Source: Octopus bimaculoides (taxonomy: Eukaryota). From it: a stretch of 40,274 nucleotides of DNA. The stretch is taken from contig NC_069004.1 of assembly GCF_001194135.2 (NCBI RefSeq), positions 34,626,597-34,666,870 of the forward strand. Direction: 5' to 3'. Below are positions 23,519 through 37,130 of the stretch, piece after piece (the stretch's first letter is position 1; each line of letters starts with the position of its first letter). Position numbers and translations under genes: made by a program. The notes under the pieces were generated by a model that searched no databases, was not told the DNA's origin, and saw nothing but the letters and a program-made list of their open reading frames with translations.

Positions 23519-24109
23519 CATACATGCTCAGAAGTTGATATATGTGCGCACCTCTTTAATTTGATATATTTATAATTAAATTGCATATATCATAGAAATT
23601 ATAAAGCGATAGAATGATATAAATACACACATCTATATCCTAGATGCGTGTATGCATATATACATATGACATAGGTGTGAGCGTGTATGTGCGTATATAT
23701 GTGTATATATATGTGTATATATATATATATATANNNNNNNNNNNNNNNNNNNNNNNNNNNNNNNNNNNNNNNNNNNNNNNNNNNNNNNNNNNNNNNNNNN
23801 NNNNNNNNNNNNNNNNNNNNNNNNNNNNNNNNNNNNNNNNNNNNNNNNNNNNNNNNNNNNNNNNNNNNNNNNNNNNNNNNNNNNNNNNNNNNNNNNNNNN
23901 NNNNNNNNNNNNNNNNNNNNNNNNNNNNNNNNNNNNNNNNNNNNNNNNNNNNNNNNNNNNNNNNNNNNNNNNNNNNNNNNNNNNNNNNNNNNNNNNNNNN
24001 NNNNNNNNNNNNNNNNNNNNNNNNNNNNNNNNNNNNNAAACACACATACTGCAGTTGTGTCACAATGATTTTGTTAATATTTTCAACGTTACTATTCATT
24101 TTTAATTCC

Positions 24110-24148
<39 letters not shown>

Positions 24149-24354
24149 CTATATATTAATTGATAACGTTGTGGTTTATGAATTCGTAAGCCCATTCAGA
24201 GGATGGGGTTATGTCGTGGAGAGATTTTGTTGGAAATGGTAAATTAGCTTTGATTAGTTATATTAATTCGATATATAAAATTAATTGAGCGTCCAAAAAC
24301 AACAAATTTCAGGATTGATGAGTCATTTCTGTTAAACAGTAACCTCTATACACA

Positions 24355-24402
<48 letters not shown>

Positions 24403-24485
24403 TGCATACATACATACATACATATTCAGATAAGCTCTCTAAATGTACATATATACTCGAGGTAAAGGTGGGGGGTTTCACCGAG

Positions 24486-24775
24486 GTAATTTGGAAGCTA
24501 GATACAGCAGCCAAATCTTGAAGCAACACCGATTTGTTTTGAATAATGGGCACGGACAACTACTTCAAACCTCCAGCTTCTATATCCAGATTATGAATTC
24601 ATATACATACCAATAATAATTGGAGCACTAGGTTTTGTTAGTAAATGCTTAAAGGTGAATCTGGATAAACTGGGATTTTCAGAAAGAGAAATTGCCCGGC
24701 TAATTCGTACATTACAAATCTAGTCTGAGTTTTACAGTAAAAATATGCAAGACTTTTCTCAAGTTCCAAATGTGA
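24486..24775 (+). mobile_element. Degraded RLE-type (R4/Dong-like) LINE 3' end of ORF
   Basis: Translation NLQLLYPDYEFIYIPIIIGALGFVSKCLKVNLDKLGFSEREIARLIRTLQI* and, after a frameshift, TVKICKTFLKFQM*. The IPIIIGALG motif is characteristic of the end of RLE domains. Confidence 0.85.
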
Positions 24776-25739
24776 ATTTGTCTGTGTTAACTCCATCCCA
24801 AAGATGGAACTTTGTATCATTGTTGGAAAGGGGCTCCCTCCTCAGTGGAAGATTTATAATAATTAAAAAAATAGAAGAGACATACATACTAAATACCTTG
24901 CTAATGTTGAAATTCCAATGAAGGAGCCTTGGATCTAGGTTAGAAACCGTTTCTTTATGTATTGGCAAGAAATCTTGAAATAAATGGAATAATGACATAC
25001 ATACATACACACACACACACATAGGATTCGTATTCAACGAGATGGAGTACTTATCGCTGGCTGAATCAGTTATTAGCTTGTGCATAACAGTAAATACTTG
25101 AAAGTGTGGTTATTAGAATCTAACATTTCTAGTTGTTAGTTTATTGTTGGAAATTGTGAAATAATATGAATAATTTATCGCTTAAGCCAATTTAGAAGCC
25201 AGTATTTGAAGGCAAACGACTATAAAGTTTTGAAGTATCATGGCCCATAAGTGAAAATTTAATTTTAAACCCGTTTCTTGCCGAGCGTGTTACTTTTAAA
25301 AATTCAAACACGCTTAAAACAAACATGTTCTGCGTCGTTTGAAATTAAATTCTCTGTTTCCGCGCCTCTATATACTTCCATGGTCAATTTTATCAAATTT
25401 GCGCTGCGAATTTTTGGTTAAATGCAATATTATTCATTTTATATGAATATTTCTTCGAATTAAGCGAACGATCAGAGTTGTTGGACGATTCTAGACACGC
25501 CTTAAACTATTTACTTCGCAGTTATGTGCTTGTTAATGGTTGATTCAGACAATAATATTTTGGGTTTTCCTTTCTAATATTGCTCTATTGTCCTTCGAAT
25601 TGACTATTTCTTCTACACGAATGAAATCACCAGAGATCAAATGAGAGGATTCACATGAATTAATGGCCAGCTCGAAGAACCTCGCTTCTACCATTTAAAC
25701 ATTGCCATTATCTGATACTACCTGTCAAACACCGTTAAT

Positions 25740-26000
25740 ACTACCACCACCACCGCCATCATCATCATCATCACTATTATCAATGCTAACACTATCAACG
25801 CTACCACAACCATCATCACCACCACGACTGTTACTACCAACACCTCCATCACTATAACCACTCCTACCGCGACTATCACTACCATCATCATCATCACTAT
25901 GACTGCCACTCCCAATAATACGGTTCCTAAAACAGATATTGCCGTCACATCATCATTATCATCATTATCATCAGAATTATCATCATCATCATCGTCATCA
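25740..26000. repeat. (CAT/CAC)n mixed trinucleotide tract
   Basis: Seen directly. It is the source of the Asp/Val/Met runs in ORF 25718-26194. Confidence 0.9.
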
Positions 26001-27759
26001 TTGCTAGCTCTCCAAATACTTCCAGCCTGAAAGTCTGTCCGCAGCCTCCGGCACTGACAGCACCTTTTACAGTGGCCAAACCTCTTCTGGTCACTCATTT
26101 TATCTCCCTTCCCACCCCACCACTGCACACATAATACATATCTGGAACTTTCGCCAACTCTGTTTTCCAAATTTCTCCAACTACTGACCAGCACCTCCCT
26201 ACCAATATTGACCGTTCCATCCCCCTCCTGTCCACTTACATTTTAAATGTCCTTGCACGACTGCAGCACCACGTTGCCCAACCCCATATCCACAAAACAA
26301 AATTTCTTGAACTCCCTCAAGCAATGACCAGCGTTTTACACTGGTCTTAGAGACAATGACCACCGCTTTGCACTTGTCACACCTCACCACCCATTCTATA
26401 GTCTTTTGCAACCACCTCCTTTCCAAGGTTTTCCCAGTTATTGAATGACCCGGTTGCAATGGTCAAGCAGCCTTTGGACTCTGTGGACCTGACTAAATAT
26501 TTCTGTATCCCCCATCCCCTCCTTGCCACCCCGGTCATTTCAGCAACTGACCAATATCAGCATTTATGTTATTTATGATTGCTCTACGGCCTTCTTAAAT
26601 ACTTTCGGTCTAACATCTCTCCATACCATTCCAGCCACTGGCTATAATCCAGTCCCCCAGCACTGACCAGCATTGTACGTTGCTCACACCATTTCTGGTC
26701 ACATTCCACCTGACTAACTCTCCCTCCACCCTATTCCTTTAAATTTTCTCTGACCACTTCTCTGCCGGTCATCCAGCGGCTGTCCTCAGTTTCTCCATAA
26801 TCTCAGCAAAATATTCTTCCTCTACCATCTCTGTTTATTACTTCGGCCACTGACCATCTTTCACCCTCACCCAATTGTATGCACAACAGACACCACTTCT
26901 AGCCAACACCTTAAACAGACGATGACGCCCGCCACCCTTAATCAATAAACCTTTCCCTGCTACAGATCCTATCCAAATTGTGACCAACACTTCCGATGTT
27001 TCTTGTATCCCCCTGGTCACTCAATTCAATTTCCAAACATTATTATATTACCGTCTCTCTAAATTTCTCTGGCCACTTGACCATTAACCTCTCACCGGCG
27101 TCGAGGATTTTGAATTAGTTACGTAACCCCCTGGTCAAACCAGGACACTAAAATTTTAAAGAAACCACCATCATCACAAACACCACCACCAGCTTGTTAA
27201 ACCATCACCATGATGACCACAATTAATTACTAGTAGCACTACTTCAAACTCCTCCAGCCACTGACCAGCAATATCCACTACTGACCAGCATAGTAATTTG
27301 TATTGGATAAAATGCCTCTGGTCAATATACACTACTTGAGTGATCCGAACTAATACCACGATCGCCAATACCACTGGCCACTACCACCATCATAATTTCT
27401 CTGTAAGAGTTCGGGTTATTACCAGGCCCATCAGTGGTCAAGGTTTTGTCCCCATCATGTAAACTCTGTGCTATTTAACCCCCACTTAAAATATTATTTC
27501 TCCTCTGTCCCTCTCTCCGTCCATGGCAATACTGACCAGTCATCTACTGGCCATTTTCCAATACAGCTTCCCATCACCGCCCCCAAGGTCCCTGCAGACC
27601 TTTACCGCATCGTTCACTGCCGCTGACCACAACCTTCCGCTGGTCATCAACGCAACCTCCCCTTATTACCACCACCACCACCGTCCTCTAGACACGCATA
27701 ATTCTGGCCAATGACCTCCGTCCGCCATTGACCAAATATTTGCACTGGTCAAATACACA

Positions 27760-28300
27760 ATATGCTATCCGACCCTACCACCACCGCCACAACCAGTGCC
27801 ACCAATTCTACTACTGGCACCATTTCCCTACCACCACCGACACAACTGCCAATTCTTCCGCCACTACAACCGTCACCGCCTCCACCTTATCCAGCCACAC
27901 ACCCTTCACTTTCGCTGTGTTCCCACCACCACCACTGCTATTACCATCGCAACCACCACCCACTCGCTACAACTGCCTCCACTATCACCGCCATCATGAC
28001 CAGTATGACCAGCCAACTGGTGGTTGCGGGGATGGTGATGGAGACGGTGTCGGTAGTGGTTGCGGTAGGAGTGTTGGTGGTGGTGGTACCTTCGGAAGTG
28101 GCGACGTTACTACTACTACTACTACTACTACTGCCATTACCAACCCCCGTACTACAACTGCTACAAGTAGCTCCATCACTAACACTACTACCACCACCCC
28201 TTCCTTTTTCTACTACTACTACAACGTCCACCATCGTTTATTCCTACCTCACTCAACTCCCCACCTCACTCAGCCTCCCACCCCATTCAGTCCTCAACAA
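27760..28300. repeat. (ACC/ACT)-rich low-complexity tract with an inverted GGT block
   Basis: Seen directly. It is the source of the Thr/His/Pro ORFs at 27728-28601. Confidence 0.85.
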
Positions 28301-29127
28301 CACNNNNNNNNNNNNNNNNNNNNNNNNNNNNNNNNNNNNNNNNNNNNNNNNNNNNNNNNNNNNNNNNNNNNNNNNNNNNNNNNNNNNNNNNNNNNNNNNN
28401 NNNNNNNNNNNNNNNNNNNNNNNNNNNNNNNNNNNNNNNNNNNNNNNNNNNNNNNNNNNNNNNNNNNNNNNNNNNNNNNNNNNNNNNNNNNNNNNNNNNN
28501 NNNNNNNNNNNNNNNNNNNNNNNNNNNNNNNNNNNNNNNTTGCTAACTCCTCGCTTCCTGCTCCCTCAAAATGGAATACAAACAACACAGTTCCCGTATA
28601 ACCCTCGGTCAGCTGAGACGGTCCAACACCCGCACCCTCTACGCCTATCTAAATACCCGACCACACTCACCCTGGCCTCATAACTGATTCTTTCTAGAAA
28701 AATCTATTGATCACAGATCGATGAATTTCAGAGAAAGACGGCTGTGTAGAGGGGGAAGTGGTGGGGTGGTTGTGGTGGTGGTGGTTATAGGGAAGGAGAG
28801 AGGTTGTTTTGGTGGTGGTGGTCGTGGTAGTGGCGATTGTGATGATGTTTTTGGATGTTTAGCCCAGGGTCAGTCCTGATCCAGTCAGCATATAATGAAA
28901 CTCATCCCAGCCTTGACCAACACGTCGTTTTTTCAGGACAGCATTAAGTAACTTGTCCGTTCTAAAAACAATACAGAGTGATTTGAGGAATATCCGGTCA
29001 CTATTTCTAATAAGTCATACAAAAACCTCAGGATGGTGCAGCGATGATGATGATTGTCAGCAATGGTGGTGGTGGTCACCATCGCTGCACCAAGAACAAA
29101 CAATAACACCAACAAAACTTTAAAATT

Positions 29128-29440
29128 GGTACTCCGTCGGTTACGACGACGAGCGTTGGTCCGATCGACTGAACAGCCTGCTCGTAAAATTAATGTGCAA
29201 GTGGTTGAATGCACAGACATGTGTACCCTTAACATAGTTCTCAGGTAGATTCAGGGTGATACAAGATGTGACAAAGCTGGGGGCCTTGGTTTACGGGTAC
29301 AACGCATTTTTGCTAACTCTGTAGACCTGAGCAACGTGAAAAAATAAAGTGTCTTGCTCAAGGAGACAACCTGATACCAGGAATCGAGCTCACGGCCCTA
29401 CGATCGAAAGCTGACTATCCTAACCACTTAGCCACGCGTC
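29128..29440 (-). mobile_element. tRNA-derived SINE, family B, full length
   Basis: Minus strand: A-box TGGCTAAGTGG, B-box-like GAGCTCGATTCC, CORE-like TGTCTCCTTGAGCAAGACACTTTATT, and 3' end CGTCGTCGTAACCGACGGAGTACC. Confidence 0.9.
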
Positions 29441-29564
29441 ATCGACACTAACAACAACAATGCCATCACACCAATATAATCACCACGACCACCACTATTG
29501 AACTTCCAACAACTCTGTTACATAAGGCAGGCAAGCCTCTCACACGCTCCATCTGATGCATATG

Positions 29565-29608
<44 letters not shown>

Positions 29609-30019
29609 CACACAAAGAGGAATACAAGTGCGCACATATACTGATTTACAAACAAGCACATACAAACATACATTATACACAAATATGCATGCACAGATAC
29701 ATATACATACACACACACACACACACANNNNNNNNNNNNNNNNNNNNNNNNNNNNNNNNNNNNNNNNNNNNNNNNNNNNNNNNNNNNNNNNNNNNNNNNN
29801 NNNNNNNNNNNNNNNNNNNNNNNNNNNNNNNNNNNNNNNNNNNNNNNNNNNNNNNNNNNNNNNNNNNNNNNNNNNNNNNNNNNNNNNNNNNNNNNNNNNN
29901 NNNNNNNNNNNNNNNNNNNNNNNNNNNNNNNNNNNNNNNNNNNNNNNNNNNNNNNNNNNNNNNNNNNNNNNNNNNNNNNNNNNNNNNNNNNNNNNNNNNN
30001 NNNNNNNNNNNNNNNNNNN

Positions 30020-30300
30020 ACCACCACCACCACCACCACCGCAACTTCATATGTATTCTTATTGTTGATGGTGGCGGTGGTGGTAATAGTGAAGTTGCTG
30101 ATGATGATGATGATGATGGTAGTGGTGTTGATGATGATGATAATGATGATAATGGTAGGGGCTAGGGTCATGACGATGGTGATGATAATGGTGGTGCTGA
30201 TGATGATAATTAAGATGTTCGTAACGGCGGCGGGGTCTGTGGTGGTGAAAATGGCGGTCAAATTGATGAGGGCCAAAAATATGATGAGGGACAGGAGGAG
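30020..30300. repeat. (GAT/GGT)n trinucleotide tract
   Basis: Seen directly. Confidence 0.9.
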
Positions 30301-30643
30301 GTGGGAGAAGTAAGTGGATGCCACCGAAAATTAAACGTCCATCCACACCAGCATCCCACCACGACGACCACCACCGATACTTCCTCACCTCGCATTCCCG
30401 TCTCCCCCCAATGACATCATAATCATTACCATCTTAATTATCAAGACACGCACCAACCAATACCGCAGCTGCCGGCAGCAGCAAGAATCGATCCCCAAGC
30501 GTGGACACATCAGCCAGCCAAACGGCCCCCCCCTACTACCACCACTATGACCACTAACACAACGACCAATACTACGATTTCTATTGATAACCGCACAGCG
30601 AATATTAATGCCATCATATATACCCCGCATAAATATGCATACA

Positions 30644-30701
<58 letters not shown>

Positions 30702-30808
30702 CACTATGTACGCGTGTGTATGCACGTGTACATGCACACATGTATACCAACATACACACACACATTTATAGGCATACACATTCATTTATATACGGATTTA
30801 TATTTACG

Positions 30809-30905
30809 CGTGGCACCATGGGTAAATGTCTTCTACTATAGCCTGGGGCCGACCAAAGCCTTGTGAGTGGATTTGGTAGACGGAAACTGAAGGAAGCCCG
30901 TCGCA
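30809..30905 (+). mobile_element. SINE family D internal fragment
   Basis: GTGGCACCATGGG..TGTCTTCTACTATAGCC..GCCGACCAAAGCCTTGTGAGTGGATTTGGTAGACGGAAACTGAAGGAAGCCCG matches 3225-3312. Confidence 0.85.
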
Positions 30906-31240
30906 TATATTATATACATATATATATGTATGTGTGTGTGTATTTGTGCATATGTACGACAATGTGTATGACCAACACAATCCAAAATAAACTACCACCA
31001 CCTACTACTACAACATATACTACTACCACCACCACCACCACCACTATTCCAGCCGCCATAACTTCTGAATTATACAGTAACCAGCCACCGTCATTACCCC
31101 AATTATCACTTTCTCTTGCACCGATCTGTAATAAACTGGTCAATTAAATTTTACCCGATACCAATCTCCGATGTCCATTCCATGCAGACACACAGACAGA
31201 CAGACAGACAGACAGTCTATACTCCCACCTTCTCTCATAC

Positions 31241-31282
<42 letters not shown>

Positions 31283-31479
31283 CTATTCTCCCAGCTAGAT
31301 AATTCTGTCTGTCTGTCTGTCTGTCTCTATTGGGTTCTGTCTTTCCCAAAAGCCTCCACCATTCTTCCATCCTATCTCTCTACATCAACAATCGTTGTAG
31401 ACAACTCTCCCCCCCTCTCTCTCTCTCTCTCTCTGCCCAGAAGTCATTATTCATTGACACCACTTCACATTCCGGAAAA

Positions 31480-31760
31480 GTCCCACCTCTTCCAACCATC
31501 ACGACGTCTGCCGCCGCCGCCACCGCCATCGATAGCACTACCTCCATCGTCAACACCGCCGCCACCATCACACATCACCACCAACGTCCTCAATACCGCC
31601 ATCACGTACACACTCCACCTTCACCATCACACACTTCACCACCACCGCCGCCACCATACTACGCATCACCACAATCACCAACATTATTTTCTCCTTTACT
31701 ACCACCACTACTGCTATGAGAATCAATACCACCACCACCACCGCCGCCACCACCACCGAT
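31480..31760. repeat. (CAC/CGC/CAT)n low-complexity tract
   Basis: Seen directly. Confidence 0.85.
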
Positions 31761-31880
31761 ATTAACTGATATCCATACAATATCGTTTTCCTTTCGCGTA
31801 CAAAATCATTACCCCTATTTGGCAAAAGCTGAATTTCTATCGTTCATGCTTTTCAACATATGGCCAAAAATTCCGTTGAC

Positions 31881-31977
31881 CAGTGCCGGATTTACCATTG
31901 TGCTTTATGGGGTGCCCTGTCCATGCAAGGGGCCTAATGACAAGCACAGGGCCTCATTTGTCCTAATTCCAGCCCTG
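31881..31977. mobile_element. Short hAT-like MITE remnant
   Basis: Ends CAGTGCCGGATTTA and TAATTCCAGCCCTG are inverted at 11 of 14 positions and resemble the CAGGGCCGGATTTA class of hAT termini. No intact 8-bp TSD. Confidence 0.5.
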
Positions 31978-32984
31978 CACTTCCCTCTGCACGTTTCTCA
32001 ATCATTATGCTCCGTTCAGAAGTCCCACCTATCAGATTTGCTGTCCAGTCTTCTTCCAGCCGATAGATATAAACAGTACCAAATGACCAACAATACTATC
32101 GAAAGGAAGCTGTTGTTAAGCTTTTCTTTCTTGACATGGAGTCATAAGAATATTAACGTTAATCTTATACGGGAAACTTGGGGAAAACACCAACGTCAGA
32201 AGATTTGAAAACTTAAGCTTCGGACAAAGGATTTTCGGACCAATTTCGTAAGATTCTCTTTCTTAGCATGAAGTAGATAAGTAAATAGGAGAAGGTCAAA
32301 CTCGGTTAACAGTACTATTATACTATTATATAGACAAATATAAATGTATGTTTGTGTATGCAAGTATGTATACATGTGTGTGTGTATGTATGTATGTATG
32401 TGTATATATATATATATATATCTATATATATATATTATATATATATATGTGTGTGTGTGTGTATGTACGTGTGTGTGTGTGTGTGTGTCCTTTTTAATGT
32501 TAAGTCTTTTTCAACAAGGTTGACCTTAGAGATAAATTACAAAAATAACAATTACCTCTATAGTTACCACCACCACCAACAACACCAACTACTACTACTA
32601 CTATTATACAACTCAACCATTACCAACGTTACTATATGCATCACAACTGTCGTCACCACCACCACCACCAAACATACCATCACTACTACCACTACTACTG
32701 CTGCTGCTGCTACTACTACTACTAGCAGCAGCACCATATCAACAGCGGGACCGTCTCATTAATTCCACGGGCGTGGAGGTTGGAGGATGAGGAAAACAGC
32801 CTGGAACCAGTGACATAATCTGTCTACTCGTAACAGAATGGAATCCGTTAGAGATTAAAGAGGTCCCAGGTACGAGGTGCTGGGGTATTTTCAGTACATC
32901 ACTAAGAGTAGGCTATGGTGGGATTTGAACTCACAATGCCTAAAACCAGAACAACTATTCCATAACAATTCCTCCAGTCCATAG

Positions 32985-33140
32985 CACCTGACCGGTACTT
33001 TATTGGTACTTTATTTATTCGCCCTGAAATGATGAAAGGCAATGCTGACCTCGATGCAGTTTGAACCCAGAACGTAAAGGGACAGCGTAAATACCGTAAG
33101 GCTTTTTGGTAGACGTTCTAACGACTCCGCCAATTCGCCG
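32985..33140 (-). mobile_element. tRNA-derived SINE, family A
   Basis: Minus strand: GGCGAATTGGCGGAGTCGTTAG head, GGGTTCAAAC B-box, ATTGCCTTTCATC segment. Confidence 0.8.
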
Positions 33141-33551
33141 AAGCCACGCCACCACCGCTGTCGCCATTAGCACCAAATTTCTCTAATTAGAAGACATCTA
33201 CACCAAAATAAATAGTCACAGGTTTCTCCGACTTCCNNNNNNNNNNNNNNNNNNNNNNNNNNNNNNNNNNNNNNNNNNNNNNNNNNNNNNNNNNNNNNNN
33301 NNNNNNNNNNNNNNNNNNNNNNNNNNNNNNNNNNNNNNNNNNNNNNNNNNNNNNNNNNNNNNNNNNNNNNNNNNNNNNNNNNNNNNNNNNNNNNNNNNNN
33401 NNNNNNNNNNNNNNNNNNNNNNNNNNNNNNNNNNNNNNNNNNNNNNNNNNNNNNNNNNNNNNNNNNNNNNNNNNNNNNNNNNNNNNNNNNNNNNNNNNNN
33501 NNNNNNNNNNNNNNNNNNNNNNNNNNNNNNNNNNNNNNNNNGAGGTGATAT

Positions 33552-33585
33552 GGGGGTGTGGGTTAGGGTTGGGGTTGGGGTAGGG
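33552..33585 (+). other. G-quadruplex-forming, telomere-like run
   Basis: GGGGG-TGT-GGG-TTA-GGG-TT-GGGG-TT-GGGG-TA-GGG: six G-runs with 2-3 nt loops. Confidence 0.6.
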
Positions 33586-33819
33586 AATGGTAAAAGGGCG
33601 GAGGAGAGAAACGGCATTGGTCAGAGTAAGGAAAACGAGATGAATCACTCGGCTTCACTGTCCCATCGCTTGCTTGCATGTGTGTGTGTGTGTGTGTATG
33701 TGAGTGTGTGCGTGTGTGTGTTAGCGTGTGTGTGTATTTGTGTTTTGTAAGCGTGTATACATGAATGTATGCATTCAGATATGCTATCTATCAATCTAGC
33801 TATATATACATATACTTGT

Positions 33820-33841
33820 GTGTAGATAGATAGATAGATAG

Positions 33842-33872
<31 letters not shown>

Positions 33873-33901
33873 GTGAGAGAGAAAGAGAGAAAGAGAAAGA
33901 G

Positions 33902-33937
<36 letters not shown>

Positions 33938-33960
33938 GGATAGATAGATGGATAAATGAG
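33820..33960. repeat. (GATA)n/(GA)n microsatellite
   Basis: Seen directly. Other GATA arrays lie near 8090, 13320, 18135 and 40050. Confidence 0.95.
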
Positions 33961-34399
33961 CAAACTAATAACCAGATCAATACATAGTTCGATCGATAGA
34001 TATCAAGATAGACAGACAGATCAATCGACAGACAACCAGACAGGCAGGCAGACATAGATGTAACAACCATTATGCAAAAGTGGAATGTCGTAAAGAATTT
34101 TAAAGAGATTCTCTGTGAAATTCTTTCCAAAACAAATTTGTTGATGTTTGTAAATTGAAACATATTTAATGTAACAAAAAGATGTTTCCTGAGATAACTG
34201 TTACAGCGTTCACTTCGCCATTGATGATGTTCGCAAGGAACACTAGAGGTCGCTTTCCTTCTCCCTCTCTCTCTCTATCGACTTCTCTATCCATCTATCG
34301 GTTTCTCTCCACCTTTTTCTTTTTTTTTACGTCAGTCTACCAACCTAACCAAGAGTATCTATCCATCCAGAAATCTATCTATCTATCTATCTGATATAT

Positions 34400-34790
34400 G
34401 ACAAAGCTAGATAAGTATATGACAAAGCTAGATAAATAGATGACAAACACAGAGAGAGAGAGAGAGAGACAGAGAGAGAGAGAGACAGAGAGAGAGAGAC
34501 AGAGAGAGAGACAGAGAGAGAGTGTGTGAGAGAGTGTGAGAGAGAGAGAGAGAGAGATGACAAAAACAGAGAGACAGACAGATTGATAGACAGATAGATA
34601 AATAAAGAGGCAGGCAGGCAGACAAACAGACAGATTAGACAGATGGATATATAAAACGAGAGAGAGTGAGAGAGACGAGACAGTGAATGAAGAAAATGAA
34701 GTAGAGAGAGAGAGAGGTGGAGTATGAGAGAAAGAGAGTGGCAAAGAGTAAGGGAAAGAGGTGATGTGTAGATGTTGAGATGAAGAAATA
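34400..34790. repeat. (GA/GACA)-rich low-complexity tract
   Basis: Seen directly. Confidence 0.9.
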
Positions 34791-34842
34791 TTTTCACTAC
34801 GGGGTCGTCGCAGGTGGTGGCTGCCAAATGGTAAATAGAGAG

Positions 34843-34888
<46 letters not shown>

Positions 34889-35616
34889 NNNNNNNNNNNN
34901 NNNNNNNNNNNNNNNNNNNNNNNNNNNNNNNNNNNNNNNNNNNNNNNNNNNNNNNNNNNNNNNNNNNNNNNNNNNNNNNNNNNNNNNNNNNNNNNNNNNN
35001 NNNNNNNNNNNNNNNNNNNNNNNNNNNNNNNNNNNNNNNNNNNNNNNNNNNNNNNNNNNNNNNNNNNNNNNNNNNNNNNNNNNNNNNNNNNNNNNNNNNN
35101 NNNNNNNNNNNNNNNNNNNNNNNNNNNNNNNNNNNNNNNNNNNNNNNNNNNNNNNNNNNNNNNNNNNNNNNNNNNNNNNNNNNNNNNNNNNNNNNNNNNN
35201 NNNNNNNNNNNNNNNNNNNNNNNNNNNNNNNNNNNNNNNNNNNNNNNNNNNNNNNNNNNNNNNNNNNNNNNNNNNNNNNNNNNNNNNNNNNNNNNNNNNN
35301 NNNNNTATATATATATATATATGCATGCGACTGTATGTGTGTAGATGCGTGTGGGGAGCGTGGTTGGAGAGGAGGCTGTGCATACAAGGCCTGTCATCAT
35401 ATCTTATGCAGAACTATCATCGGCAAAATAATAGCCAGTGGAGTGTGTACAGTTCGCCAATGCGCCTATAACATCATAGCGGTGGAAACCGGAATCGGAT
35501 ATACAACATGCTGATCACAAAACGGCCACATACAAATCATGCGTAGACAGGTATGCATATAGCTATGCATATATAGACATACACATATGTATGTATGTAT
35601 GTATATATATATGTAT

Positions 35617-35659
<43 letters not shown>

Positions 35660-36619
35660 CAGAGAAAGATGTACACACACATACATACTTATATATTATA
35701 ACAGGGCAAAAACATACGAACTGTTCTTATCAAAGGAACATTATCGCACGTCAACAGCTTAAACATGAACAAAATGCAAAATGGCGGCCTCTTTACCAAA
35801 TGCTAGTCTTCACTATCGCTAAGGATTTCTGCTAGAGAAAGCATACCTCCTGATAGAAAAACAACCAACAACTGATGAAGGGTCGTTCTTTATGTTGCTT
35901 GTTTTGTTCTCCATTTGTGTCTTTCGTTGTTCGAAAGAACAGTTCATGTTCCATGTACTTGTGCTTCGTACTTTTTTATTGTACACGTTTCGTGACGTCC
36001 TGTGCCCATATATACACATACAGATGTATGTACACTTACGTATGCATATATATATATATATATATATANNNNNNNNNNNNNNNNNNNNNNNNNNNNNNNN
36101 NNNNNNNNNNNNNNNNNNNNNNNNNNNNNNNNNNNNNNNNNNNNNNNNNNNNNNNNNNNNNNNNNNNNNNNNNNNNNNNNNNNNNNNNNNNNNNNNNNNN
36201 NNNNNNNNNNNNNNNNNNNNNNNNNNNNNNNNNNNNNNNNNNNNNNNNNNNNNNNNNNNNNNNNNNNNNNNNNNNNNNNNNNNNNNNNNNNNNNNNNNNN
36301 NNNNNNNNNNNNNNNNNNNNNNNNNNNNNNNNNNNNNNNNNNNNNNNNNNNNNNNNNNNNNNNNNNNNNNNNNNNNNNNNNNNNNNNNNNNNNNNNNNNN
36401 NNNNNNNNNNNNNNNNNNNNNNNNNNNNNNNNNNNNNNNNNNNNNNNNNNNNNNNNNNNNNNNNNNNNNNNNNNNNNNNNNNNNNNNNNNNNNNNNNNNN
36501 NNNNNNNNNNNNNNNNNNGTCTCCATTGATTAATTTAACATGAATCAAAAATGGCGATGGAATTTCAACTTGGCACCACAGACCAAAGAAATGGAAACGG
36601 CGAAAATAAACAAATCTAA

Positions 36620-36658
<39 letters not shown>

Positions 36659-37130
36659 ATACATACATCTGGTCTGTGTGAGCATATGTATGCACACATC
36701 CATACACGTGACAACATATACACACATAGATATATAGATAGATACAAATATAGTTTGTAGATTAGACACACGCATACACGTATATACATGTACACACACA
36801 TGTATGCACACGCACATATATATATATGTATGCACACTATATATATGTACACGCACACATTTCTACACACACACACACATATATATGTACACACACACGC
36901 ACAAATATGTACACACACACACACACACATATATGGATAGACACATATTTATACATACATTCATAAATATGTATCAACATACATACACGCTCATACATAT
37001 ATAAACAAGCATATACATACACATACATGTATACACACGTATACACACAGAAAGACACACTAACATATACACATAAACACATAAGTATAGACTCAATCAT
37101 CTACACACAAACACACACACATACATAAAA
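36620..37130. repeat. Compound (CA)n/(TA)n tract
   Basis: Seen directly. Confidence 0.9.

Noticed and set aside
27728-28601. 270-aa Thr/His/Pro-rich ORFs
   Set aside because: Low-complexity triplet tract running into an N-gap.
30318-30422. Short ORF starting MPPKIKRPSTP
   Set aside because: 34 codons embedded in triplet repeats, with no donor site or other support.
35400-35514. Cys-rich frame CGERGWRGGCAYKACHHILCR..
   Set aside because: No recognisable domain spacing, no proper polypyrimidine acceptor, and adjacent to a gap and microsatellite.
35872-35950. CTGATGA..GAAA second hammerhead candidate
   Set aside because: Stem II does not close and stems I and III are poor. At most a decayed Penelope-like terminal repeat.
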